Under the pieces are notes generated by a model that saw only the letters and a program-made list of their open reading frames with translations, was not told where the DNA came from and ran no database searches. Positions 19,183 through 28,460 of a DNA stretch of 35,487 nt are shown here, piece by piece. Source of the DNA: Candidatus Bathyarchaeota archaeon (lineage in GTDB: Archaea; Thermoproteota; Bathyarchaeia; Bathyarchaeales; Bathycorpusculaceae); assembly GCA_963777155.1 (NCBI GenBank), contig CAVZPM010000022.1, positions 1 to 35,487 on the forward strand. The letters run 5' to 3'. The number at the start of each line of letters is the position of its first letter. Position 1 is the stretch's first letter. A program made the translations under genes and the position numbers.

Positions 19183-20595
19183 ATGAAAACTCGCATAACC
19201 CTTGTAAATCCGCCGTACCCCGCTGGTTCTCATCAGCATCCGCCATTCATGCCCCTGGGCATCGGGTACTTAGGCGCGGTACTGTACAAGAATCATTTTG
19301 AAGTTAACGTGATTGATTGTCAAGCCCAAAAAATCAGTCATCAACAGTTCAGAGAAGAAATCGCTAAGTACAAGCCAGACATAGTTGGTGTCACCTCCAC
19401 AACACTCACCTACAAGTCAGCCCTGGAAATAATAAAAACAGCCAAAGAAGTCTTCCCCGGCTGCGTAACTGCCATCGGCGGTCCCCATGTTACCTTCTGG
19501 GATGACAAAGCTCTGCAGGAAGCGCCGTCATTGGACATCGTTATAAGGGGTGAGGGCGAGCAAACGATACTTGAGCTTGCTCAAAGAGTGGAAAAACACC
19601 AAGCTTTCCATGACCTTATCGGCACGACTTGTCGGAAAGACAGTGAAATCGTGAAGAACCCTGACCGCCCGTTCCTGGAAAACCTCGATAGCCTACCTTT
19701 CCCAGCGCTTCACCTATGGGAAAAACTAGGTGAAATACGAAAATACGGAACCATACCCTACCCAGTCATGACCAGCAGAGGATGCGTTTACTGGTGCAAC
19801 TTCTGCACGGCAGTTAGGATGTTTGGCAGAAAATACCGCATGCGCAGCCCAAAAAACGTCGTCGACGAAATAGAATATCTTCACAAAAACTACCACGCAA
19901 ACCAATTCACCTTCTACGACGACGCCTTCACTGTAGATCAAGCAAGAACCGCCGAGATCTGCGACGAAATCCAACGCCGTGGGCTCAAAATTAAATGGGA
20001 CTGCGAAACCCGCGTGGACATGGTCAGCAAAGAACTCTTTGTCAAAATGCGTGAAACAGGGTGCATAGCCGTTTGGTTTGGTGTGGAATCTGGCTCAAAA
20101 AAGCAGTTAACCAGCATGGGCAAAGGCTTCAATCTAAACCAGACAAGGCGCGCATTCAAATGGGCAAAAGAAGCCGGACTAATGACCGTTGCAGGCGTAA
20201 TCTTGGGCTTCCCGGGAGAGACAAAAGAGAGTGCTTGGGAAACCATACGTTTTGTGAAGGAGCTTAACCCAAACGATGTAGGCTTTTACATAGCAACACC
20301 TTATCCAGGTACACCCATGTATGAGGAAGTTAAAGCAAATGGATCACTAAAAATAACCGACTTCGATAGGTATGACACTGCTACCCCGACCTTTGAGATT
20401 CCAAACATGACAATGCAGGAACTCACCCAAATTCGAGAACAAGCTTTCCAAAGCTTCTACCTCAGCCCGAGATACTTCATCAGCGCAATAGGCATGTTCA
20501 AGAAAGGAAAAATGTGGGGTCTGGGCGCGACGCGACTCATAATGGCACATTTCCGAAGGGCACTCATGACTAAAATCGCCGGCTCAGCCAAATAG
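19183..20595 (+). CDS. Cobalamin-binding (class B) radical SAM protein
   Basis: LVNPP, PLGIGYL, GGPHVT, RGEGE, TSRGCVYWCNFC, FYDD, GVESG, TPYPGT. ATG 19183 is preferred over GTG 19174. Confidence 0.95.
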   Translation: MKTRITLVNPPYPAGSHQHPPFMPLGIGYLGAVLYKNHFEVNVIDCQAQKISHQQFREEIAKYKPDIVGVTSTTLTYKSALEIIKTAKEVFPGCVTAIGGPHVTFWDDKALQEAPSLDIVIRGEGEQTILELAQRVEKHQAFHDLIGTTCRKDSEIVKNPDRPFLENLDSLPFPALHLWEKLGEIRKYGTIPYPVMTSRGCVYWCNFCTAVRMFGRKYRMRSPKNVVDEIEYLHKNYHANQFTFYDDAFTVDQARTAEICDEIQRRGLKIKWDCETRVDMVSKELFVKMRETGCIAVWFGVESGSKKQLTSMGKGFNLNQTRRAFKWAKEAGLMTVAGVILGFPGETKESAWETIRFVKELNPNDVGFYIATPYPGTPMYEEVKANGSLKITDFDRYDTATPTFEIPNMTMQELTQIREQAFQSFYLSPRYFISAIGMFKKGKMWGLGATRLIMAHFRRALMTKIAGSAK

Positions 20596-20623
20596 AAACT
20601 GCAAAACATGGAGAAAGCAAAAC

Positions 20624-21988
20624 TTGATTCTACTGATGACCACTACCCTGCCTGAGAAGTCACCTTGGGGTATGGCGGGAAAACTTGCTCCTTTGGGTTT
20701 AGCCTATATTGCTGCGGCACTGGAAAAAAACGGTTACCCAGTTGAGATTTACGATAATTACCTTCTGGGGCGACCCATCGAAGAGGTTAAAGCCGAAATT
20801 AGTAAGCGGCAACCCGAAATTGTGGGTATAACCTGCAGTAGCCTAACCTACTCGCGATGTATAGAGATGGCTAAAGCTGCCAAAGAAGCATGTCCGTCTT
20901 GCAAGGTTATTGTCGGTGGTCCCCATCCATCATATATGCCTGAAACCCTGCTGCAGCACAGTGAAGTTGACTACGTAGTTGTCGGTGAAGGCGAAGCAGC
21001 GATAGTGAAGCTTGTAGCCAGTATTCTCAAAGGTGACCCGAAAGCTGTCTCGGTTGTCATTCCAGGGGTTGCATGCAAAATCGCTGGCGAAATCGTCACA
21101 ACTCCCCAACAATTCATCAGCGAGCTAGACACCATTCCCTTTCCCGCACGCCATTTGTTGCCCATGAAAATGTATGACCGCGTCATCCCCTACATTGACG
21201 TTAAACCCGTCGACACCATGAGTGTCCTCCGAGGTTGCCCATACCAATGTGCGTACTGCGAAACCCGCGAGTTATGGGGGACCAGTTGCAGGTCATTTTC
21301 TCCCCAAAGAGTCATCGATGAAATAAAAAACATGATTCAGAACTATGGCACCAAGGGCATCTATTTTGTCGGCGATAACTTTACCATAAACAAGAACCGC
21401 GCCATCGAGCTATGCCGTAAAATCAAGGAAAACAAGCTTGACCTCAAATGGACCTGCGAAACCCGTGCCGACCTCATAAACAAAGAGGTGCTCTCAGACA
21501 TGAAGTCAGCGGGATGCCAAACCATCTTCTTTGGCACCGAGTCTGGGTCAGAGCGGATTCAGCAGAAACTTGGCAAAAACATCGATCTCCAAGAAGTCAA
21601 ACGTACCTTTGAGCTTACCCGCCAGGTCGGAATAAAAACAGCTACCTCTTTCATGCTTGGAATTCCAGGCGAAACTATAGAAGACATGCATGCCACCTTC
21701 AAGTTTGCCAAGAGCTTAAAGGCTGACGTCTGTATGTTCAACATCTACATCGCTTGCCCAGGCAGCAAACTCTACGACGAGGTTGTAAGCCAACATCTCT
21801 ACGACCAAATGGACAATTATCTAGCTCGGGTAAAAACCCCCGATTTCGACTACGACATGTTGGTTAAGATTCAGAGGGATTTCCAGAGAAACTGTCAAAA
21901 ACCCATGACTTCTAAACTGATTCGGGTGATTCGCCAGGAAGGCATAGGATCCGCTGTTAAGAAAGGCACCAAACTAATCTTCCATTAA
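20624..21988 (+). CDS. Cobalamin-binding (class B) radical SAM protein
   Basis: PLGLAYIAA, GGPHPS, GEGE, RGCPYQCAYC, GTESG. Closest in the window to 16646..18071 (shared LLMTT, ETR.LWG, FN..IA.P). Confidence 0.95.
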   Translation: MILLMTTTLPEKSPWGMAGKLAPLGLAYIAAALEKNGYPVEIYDNYLLGRPIEEVKAEISKRQPEIVGITCSSLTYSRCIEMAKAAKEACPSCKVIVGGPHPSYMPETLLQHSEVDYVVVGEGEAAIVKLVASILKGDPKAVSVVIPGVACKIAGEIVTTPQQFISELDTIPFPARHLLPMKMYDRVIPYIDVKPVDTMSVLRGCPYQCAYCETRELWGTSCRSFSPQRVIDEIKNMIQNYGTKGIYFVGDNFTINKNRAIELCRKIKENKLDLKWTCETRADLINKEVLSDMKSAGCQTIFFGTESGSERIQQKLGKNIDLQEVKRTFELTRQVGIKTATSFMLGIPGETIEDMHATFKFAKSLKADVCMFNIYIACPGSKLYDEVVSQHLYDQMDNYLARVKTPDFDYDMLVKIQRDFQRNCQKPMTSKLIRVIRQEGIGSAVKKGTKLIFH

Positions 21989-22299
21989 ATAGGCACTTCG
22001 AGGACTCTAAGAATATCTACATACGCTTTAGGTGCCAACTTCTCATCGGTCACATTCTTTATCAGCATGCGTCCCCCATCAAAAAGGCTAACTTCCATCT
22101 TTAGGTAGTCAAAAATCACCAACATCGGCGCTTTAACTCGGATTTTAATTTTCTGTTTCTTTATTTTTTCGCATGCCTGCTCCATACTAAACTTTACTTG
22201 TGGCGCTGGAGTTATGTCGGCGGTTGTTCCACCGCAGATCCAAGCAATATTCAAAGTCAAGTTGCCGACGACCTGTTTCTGTTGCGACGTTTTCTTCAA
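21985..22299 (-). CDS. Small hypothetical protein resembling the C-terminal extension domain of long MoeB/ThiF proteins
   Basis: 104 aa with ICGG..ADI.P and EVSLFDGGRMLIKNV. The resemblance is from memory and was not searched. Confidence 0.6.
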   Translation of the reverse strand: MKKTSQQKQVVGNLTLNIAWICGGTTADITPAPQVKFSMEQACEKIKKQKIKIRVKAPMLVIFDYLKMEVSLFDGGRMLIKNVTDEKLAPKAYVDILRVLEVPI

Positions 22300-22765
22300 C
22301 TCCAGTTATGCAATGCTTTAGGCTCTGGTTGGTTTATCAACATTGTGATAGAAGAGGCGACACAATTTTGTTTTTGTACTGTTGTGGAGGCTTACATTGC
22401 TTTTTACTATTCTGAATATTAAGAGAAGCTCAAGGTTTGGCACTTTTCATATTCGTTTAGTAAATATTTTTTTGTCTGCGGCAGTTATTTTTAAACGAAA
22501 GAAGACTGATTTGGTAGAACAACTACAGGTTTTTTCAAGAAAAAAGTTTATTGTTGTTCTTTCAACCTTTAGACACATTTGACACATTAAGAGAAGAAGA
22601 AGGCTGCTGCAGGGAGCTTCTTCTTCTTTTGTTAGTAATACCTTCAAGGTTGATTTGGGCATTGCTGAGAAGAAGAAAAAAAGCAATTTTTCCAGAAAAT
22701 GATAGTTTTTCTTTCACGTCAACGACCAAAAATGGCATTTGGATTTGAATCCTATATTTTGCTTT

Positions 22766-23512
22766 CTAGGTAACTGACTTTTCTTCTTTTGGTCTCAGAA
22801 TTGCCTCTTCGATATCCATGTAGAGGAAGTCTCCTTCACGGAATGGGGAGCCGCCAAAATCGACCACTTTGCTCTTCTTGGTGTACTTGGTTAACTCGAC
22901 GCGTTGCTTAAACAGCGGAGCATCGAGGGTTGTTGAGTGGTATTCTCCTGGTTCTCCTGAAACATCGATTCCTTTCCCAGCTGGACCGACAAGTGGTTGC
23001 ATGTCTTCGATGCATTTTCTGTCAATTTGGCGTCCTAGCCATTCGGATGTGAAGTATCTTTGGTCGACGCAGCTGAGAATTGCTTTTACGCCTGTGTTTT
23101 GTTCCATTTCCATGATGCGTTTGCGGCGCCGATTGCCCGGAATTAGGTTTAGGGGGCGATCCCAAAGTGGCATTATAAGTTCTACTCCCAACTTCTTGCA
23201 GGCGTCTTTCCAAACACGCCGATGATGTACGTTGTCGATGTCGCCTGTGACGATGGCTTTTGCACCTTCTTCTTTGTGGAGCCGTTCAAGGGTTCCCATG
23301 ATGTCGTCATATCGGTTGTCGGTGATTTTGACGAATTGGTGAGGCATGCCTAAGGCTTTGACTTGTTGTTCTATGACTTTGAGGCTGTGGAAAATGTAGG
23401 GTTCCATGTAGATATAGGTGACAAGAGAGGCGACTTCGTGGCCTTGCTCGACTATTTTGTGCAATGCTGTGGCGCAGTCTTTTCCTCCGCTCCAGTGAAC
23501 AATAACTTTCAT
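22766..23512 (-). CDS. DUF71/Dph6-like PP-loop ATP-dependent amide ligase
   Basis: WSGGKDC, PYIFHS, TGDI, PLW, WLGR, GEPGEYHS.TLDAPLFK. Confidence 0.9.
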   Translation of the reverse strand: MKVIVHWSGGKDCATALHKIVEQGHEVASLVTYIYMEPYIFHSLKVIEQQVKALGMPHQFVKITDNRYDDIMGTLERLHKEEGAKAIVTGDIDNVHHRRVWKDACKKLGVELIMPLWDRPLNLIPGNRRRKRIMEMEQNTGVKAILSCVDQRYFTSEWLGRQIDRKCIEDMQPLVGPAGKGIDVSGEPGEYHSTTLDAPLFKQRVELTKYTKKSKVVDFGGSPFREGDFLYMDIEEAILRPKEEKSVT

Positions 23513-23595
23513 GCTATATCAACATCCAAAGTCTCGTCTGAACCTGTTTGATGAGGGATAAACATTCGCGCATATAAGCGTTTTAGAAATCTGCG

Positions 23596-25077
23596 TTAGC
23601 TTTGCTGATCTTTGCTGGGTGTGCTGTGTCCGCCCGGACTTTTCTTTACTCGCCTAACCTTACCCAGTTGTCTAAATGACCATCTTGTGAAACGATATTT
23701 CCATACGAGGTGGTTTAGTGCCATTCGCGCCATTATTTGGCTGTGGAAGTCTCCTCGGCGCCTCATTCTAAGATAGTAGGTAGGTGTGAAGACACTATCG
23801 TAGACGGTTTTTTTGGTTGCCTCCAACTCTGGAAGCGGCAGAAGTTTGTTTTCGAAAACCTGCATTTGCTCGTGGTAACGGTTCCAGTCTTCACTCATGG
23901 GCAAGCCAAGTTTCCGAACATAATCGGCAAGTTCGGTGCCGGGATACGGAACAGCTTCACACATGTAGACGTAGTCAGGTTTGGTTTTTCGAATAAAGTC
24001 CACGGTTTGCTGAAGCATCTCGGGGGTTTCGCCTGGGTATCCGATAACAAGTGATATGGCGACAAGGATACCCGCATCTTTCACCATTTTTATGGCTTTA
24101 GCGTTCTGCTCAACGGTTGTGCCCTTCCGCATAATGTTTAGTAGTTGTTGGCTGCCCGATTCCACGCCGAAATGGATAAGCTGGCAGTTCGTTGACCTGA
24201 GTCTCGCAAGCAATTCCTTGGATATTCGGTCTACTCGGGTTCTGCAATCCCATGGAAGCAAAAACTTTCTTGCCTGCATTTCGTCGCAGATTGCTATTGC
24301 CCTGTTTATGTCATGGGTGAATGTGTCGTCGTAGAAGGCAAACGATCCTGCCGCAAATGTGTCCCTTAGCCACTCAAGCTCGTCGACGACTTTGCTTGGG
24401 CTTCTGGCCCTAAACCCGCTGCCACACATCTTTGACGCCAAGCAGAAGGCGCAGTTGAAGGGGCATCCTCGGCTGGTTATGATGGGCATGTAGTTTTTGC
24501 CGTTGATTCTGTAGCGGGTCATATCGAAGAGATGGTGAGCTGGGCGAGGAAGAGAATCGATGTCTTCAATGAATGGTCTGTCGGCTGTAGCCACTACTTT
24601 GCCATTCTTCTTGAAAGTTATACCTAAAACACTGTTGAGGTTCTCTAGTTTACTCTCTGATACTAGGTTTGCGAGTTCCAGTATCGTCTGCTCTCCTTCG
24701 CCGCGGACAACAATATCTACATCTGGACTGTCGGTGAATGTGCGCTCATCCAAGACCGTGACGTGCGGTCCACCAATCATTGTTACACAGTTGGGCAGCG
24801 CGGCTTTGGCAGCTTTCAGAATTTTAAGGGCTGGAAAATAGGTAACTGTTGCTGCGGTTACTCCAATTATGTCGGGGTTGAGACCTCTAAACTTGTCCTC
24901 CATCTCCTGTTGGCTTGGCCGATTAACCTGGCAATCGACCACATCCACCTTGTACCCCTTCTCCTCAAGCACTGCCGCCAAATAACTAATACCCAGTGGA
25001 ATGAAGACGGCTTGCGGCACATCATCTGGATACGGTGGATTTGCAAGGACTACGTGAGCTTTCACTTGTCTTCCCAT
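23596..25077 (-). CDS. Cobalamin-binding (class B) radical SAM protein
   Basis: ANPPYP, PLGISYLAA, GGPHVT, RGEGE, TSRGCPFNCAFC, FYDDTF, GVESG, PYPGT. Confidence 0.95.
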   Translation of the reverse strand: MGRQVKAHVVLANPPYPDDVPQAVFIPLGISYLAAVLEEKGYKVDVVDCQVNRPSQQEMEDKFRGLNPDIIGVTAATVTYFPALKILKAAKAALPNCVTMIGGPHVTVLDERTFTDSPDVDIVVRGEGEQTILELANLVSESKLENLNSVLGITFKKNGKVVATADRPFIEDIDSLPRPAHHLFDMTRYRINGKNYMPIITSRGCPFNCAFCLASKMCGSGFRARSPSKVVDELEWLRDTFAAGSFAFYDDTFTHDINRAIAICDEMQARKFLLPWDCRTRVDRISKELLARLRSTNCQLIHFGVESGSQQLLNIMRKGTTVEQNAKAIKMVKDAGILVAISLVIGYPGETPEMLQQTVDFIRKTKPDYVYMCEAVPYPGTELADYVRKLGLPMSEDWNRYHEQMQVFENKLLPLPELEATKKTVYDSVFTPTYYLRMRRRGDFHSQIMARMALNHLVWKYRFTRWSFRQLGKVRRVKKSPGGHSTPSKDQQS

Positions 25078-25200
25078 CTTTAATGTGAAAAACGGCTGTT
25101 GGGGCTATTATGTGTTTTGCAGATATCGGCGGCTGATCGAAATTTCGCTTTTTTGCTGATACGCAAGGGTTTTTATGTTAAGCAATGCTAGCGATTATCA

Positions 25201-26784
25201 TTGAAACTATCTTTGAAGCAGAGTGAACACTTGAAGGCGGATTTGGCTATTGTCGATGCGAATATTAGGACGATGAACCCAAGTCAGCCCCTTGTGCAAG
25301 CAGTAGCTATAAAGAAAAACCGAATCCTAAAAGTCGGGACTAACCAGGAAATAAGAACCCTGATCGGAAAGGACACAAAGGTCCTTAACCTAGACGGAAA
25401 AACAGTAATTCCTGGCTTGATCGATACTCACATTCATTTAGCGGATTTTGGAAGATGCCTAATGTGGTTAGACCTCTCAGGCGTCGACTCTATCAAGACG
25501 CTTCAATGTGTTCTAAGGGAGAAAGTAAAACAGACTCCGGCTGGAAAATGGATTGTCGGTCGCGGCTGGAACGAGAATAGTTTGGTAGAAAAACGTCTCT
25601 TAACCTTTGGAGACCTCGACGCTGTTGCACCAGACAACCCTGTAATTCTGTACCATGGAGCCGCCTATGCTTGTACCGTAAACAGCAAAGCCTTAGCACA
25701 AGCAGGTGTAACAAGCGAAACACCAATTCCCTCAGGTGGAACGATAGACAAAACTACAACTGGCGAACTGACGGGGATTTTTCGGGGCAGCGCCACCAAC
25801 CTTGTTTGGCAAGTAGTCGGCGAACCGTCATTGCAGGAACTTGCGGATGCAACGGCAATAGCATGTCAAAAAGTCGTGGAATCAGGAATAACAAGCATCG
25901 ACTGGATAATCCTCCAAGAAAACGAACTCACGCTAATTCAGACACTCCATAAGCAAGAAAAACTACCAATCAGAGTCAATGTTATTGTGCCCTACGAACT
26001 CCTAAAATGTGCACTTGGGTTTACGTCGAATGACTCTCTCTGGCTACGTTTAGGAGGTGCCATAATCTTTGCCGACGGATACTTAGACTCCAAAACCGCT
26101 GCGCTCATGCAACCGTACTGCGACGACCCAAAAAACAACGGCAAGATCATGTGCACCCAGAAGGAACTGGCAGGTTGGGTGGCACAGGTTTTGGAGTCAG
26201 ATCTTCAGCCCGTTATCCATGCGATGGGCGACAAGGCAGTTGACAATGCACTCGCCGTAATCGAGCACTCAGACCAAAAAGTTAGGTTCCGCATCGAGCA
26301 GGCAGCTATACTAAACAGAGAACTAGTCAAACGCCTCAAGGCGCAGGACATCGTGGTTTCGGTTCAGCCAAAGATGATTCCCACCGAATTCGAAGTTTGG
26401 TCAGCCAGAGAACATTTGGGCATTGAGAGAGCAAAGTGGTTGCATCCCCTTAAAACTCTCCTAAACGAAGGCATCAAGGTTGCTGGCGGCTCTGACTGTC
26501 CTATGGAGCCTCTAAACCCGCTGTTGGGCATGCAAGAAGCAGTAGTCAGAGCAAGTTATCCTGAGCAACGCTTAACCGTTGAAGAAGCTCTATGCATGTA
26601 TACGCTATCTGCCGCATACTGTTCAGGAGAGGAAAACATTAAGGGCTCCGTTGAAGAAGGCAAGCTAGCAGATTTAATAGTTCTTTCATCTAATCCCTTG
26701 GAAGTTCCATTAGGGCAAATTAGCGAAATCACCGCAGAAATTGTAGTAGTCAATGGACGAGTAGTGTATTCTAAACAGGCGTAG
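25201..26784 (+). CDS. YtcJ-like amidohydrolase (Amidohydro_3)
   Basis: PGLIDTHIH, GRGWNE, NSKAL, FADG, HAMGD, GGSDCP, GKLADLIVL. Confidence 0.9.
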   Translation: MKLSLKQSEHLKADLAIVDANIRTMNPSQPLVQAVAIKKNRILKVGTNQEIRTLIGKDTKVLNLDGKTVIPGLIDTHIHLADFGRCLMWLDLSGVDSIKTLQCVLREKVKQTPAGKWIVGRGWNENSLVEKRLLTFGDLDAVAPDNPVILYHGAAYACTVNSKALAQAGVTSETPIPSGGTIDKTTTGELTGIFRGSATNLVWQVVGEPSLQELADATAIACQKVVESGITSIDWIILQENELTLIQTLHKQEKLPIRVNVIVPYELLKCALGFTSNDSLWLRLGGAIIFADGYLDSKTAALMQPYCDDPKNNGKIMCTQKELAGWVAQVLESDLQPVIHAMGDKAVDNALAVIEHSDQKVRFRIEQAAILNRELVKRLKAQDIVVSVQPKMIPTEFEVWSAREHLGIERAKWLHPLKTLLNEGIKVAGGSDCPMEPLNPLLGMQEAVVRASYPEQRLTVEEALCMYTLSAAYCSGEENIKGSVEEGKLADLIVLSSNPLEVPLGQISEITAEIVVVNGRVVYSKQA

Positions 26785-26957
26785 TGACCGTGTTCTTTTT
26801 CTGATGATAAAAACCATGGCTTTGGCTGTTGAAAAGTAGAGCTACGACAATTTAGTGAGTTCAATTCTGGGATTTGACTAGTTGGACTTGGATTCTAAGT
26901 AGGTTCGTTCGATTTTCTTCTTATATAATTTGGCTTTTAAGCAAAAGGGGTGTTTTG

Positions 26958-28406
26958 TTATTTTATTTGAAGCAGTATCTTGAGGGTTTTTTTTGGGTGC
27001 CGCATTGCCATTAGAACTTTAGTTCGGGTAAAAGTTGGGTTCGCCATGTTTGCTCTCATGCATAGTTCCTGCAGATCCTTAGCTGAAAATTCCGCTGTCT
27101 CGATGAGTGGCTCGGTTGCTGCTAGGGCGTAGTCGCAGAAACCTTCCCGCAGGTACCCGCTTTCTTTGGCCTGTTCGTAGAGTTCGGTTCCATAGAGCGG
27201 CATTGCTATGCTAAAGATTAGGCTATCGGCGCCAAGGCTGCGGAGTTTGTAAGCGAATTTTATGGTTTCCTCGATGTCGGCTTTGGTTTCGCCAATCACG
27301 CCCAGCACGAAAAAGCAACCAACTTTTATGCCGACTTTTTTGCATAGAACCACCGCTTGCTCCACCCTCTTCAAATCCAAGTTCTTGCCGATGACTTCGT
27401 TAACGATGCGTTGTACGCCGGATTCGGGGGCAACTCGGATTTTTTTGCAGCCTGACTTCTTCATCTTTCGTAGCAATGGCTCATCAAGAGTATCCGCCCT
27501 AACACCGTTAGGAGTGAACCATTCAATATGTAAGCCACGTTCAACGATTAGGTCGCAAATTTCAGCCATGCGTTTCTTGTCTAGCGTCATGTTCTCGTCG
27601 TAGAAATCAACCTGTTTGACACCGTAGGTCTTCACGACTTGTTCAAGTTCGTCGATGACGTTTTTTGGGCTTCTTGCTCGCCAGGTTCTTCCCCAGAGAA
27701 TACACACGGAGCAGAAAACGCAGCTGTAAGGGCAACCGCGGGTAGTTGTGATGATGGTCCAGGGTTTACTGATTTCACCTCTGAGCGGATTTTCCTTGAC
27801 GGCTTCGTTGTAAACTTCCATGGGTAATAAGTGTCTTGCTGGAAACGGCAACGAATCCAAATTCTGGATAAACGCACGTTTGTCCGTGAGTTTTGTTTTC
27901 CCGTTCTCTTTGAAACCTAAGCCATCTACACCCTTGAAATCTTGGTTGCCCAATGCAAGTGCATCAACGAGTTCGGAAACGGTGTTTTCCGGTTCACCAA
28001 CTACCACAAAATCGACGTTAGGCTCGGAGAGGCAAGCCTCTGGTCTTGCTGTAGGGTGTTGACCCATCAGCACAACGGCTATGTCTTTTTTAGCGGCTTT
28101 TATGGCGTCAACAACCTCAAACGCGGTCTTTGACCATCCAGAAAATGGAATCTCAACAACTACCACATCAGGACTCCACCCCCTAACGCGTTCCGCGATG
28201 TTTTCTGCGCTTAACCCCACGCGATACTTGGATTCATCCAACTCTGCAAGGTTCCGCCATCCCTCTGTGGGAGCATCAATAATACTTACAATATGCTTTT
28301 TTTCCAGGACAGCGGCGACTGACGCTAAGACGATTGGTGGAAAAACGTTGGGTTTTCCCCAAGCTTTGGGCTGAATCCTGGGCGGATTGATAAGGCAAAC
28401 ACGCAT
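26958..28406 (-). CDS. Cobalamin-binding (class B) radical SAM protein
   Basis: LINPP, GQHPT, VGEPE, TRGCPYSCVFC, FYDEN, APESG, PLYGT. ATG 28406 is preferred over TTG 28430. Confidence 0.93.
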   Translation of the reverse strand: MRVCLINPPRIQPKAWGKPNVFPPIVLASVAAVLEKKHIVSIIDAPTEGWRNLAELDESKYRVGLSAENIAERVRGWSPDVVVVEIPFSGWSKTAFEVVDAIKAAKKDIAVVLMGQHPTARPEACLSEPNVDFVVVGEPENTVSELVDALALGNQDFKGVDGLGFKENGKTKLTDKRAFIQNLDSLPFPARHLLPMEVYNEAVKENPLRGEISKPWTIITTTRGCPYSCVFCSVCILWGRTWRARSPKNVIDELEQVVKTYGVKQVDFYDENMTLDKKRMAEICDLIVERGLHIEWFTPNGVRADTLDEPLLRKMKKSGCKKIRVAPESGVQRIVNEVIGKNLDLKRVEQAVVLCKKVGIKVGCFFVLGVIGETKADIEETIKFAYKLRSLGADSLIFSIAMPLYGTELYEQAKESGYLREGFCDYALAATEPLIETAEFSAKDLQELCMRANMANPTFTRTKVLMAMRHPKKTLKILLQIK

Positions 28407-28460
28407 TAAAGAGGCACTTCTGAAAAACAAATACCTATACGCTTCGATTAAAACTTTCCA

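Noticed and set aside
19002-19301. 99-aa and 65-aa ORFs in front of the class B gene
   Set aside because: They overlap a well-supported gene and a hairpin region and carry no recognisable motif.
22382-22748. Cys-containing short ORFs (such as 22447..22686) as RiPP precursors for the SPASM enzymes
   Set aside because: They are low-complexity translations of AT-rich intergenic DNA and GAA repeats, overlap on both strands, and show no leader/core pattern.
18241-23512. Canonical diphthamide synthesis locus
   Set aside because: No dph2 or dph5 is nearby, there are two copies, and the motifs differ from typical archaeal Dph6.
11337-28406. Calling the class B enzymes BchE or hopanoid methylases
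   Set aside because: These are default family labels. No bacteriochlorophyll or hopanoid genes are in the window, and the motifs do not specify a substrate.
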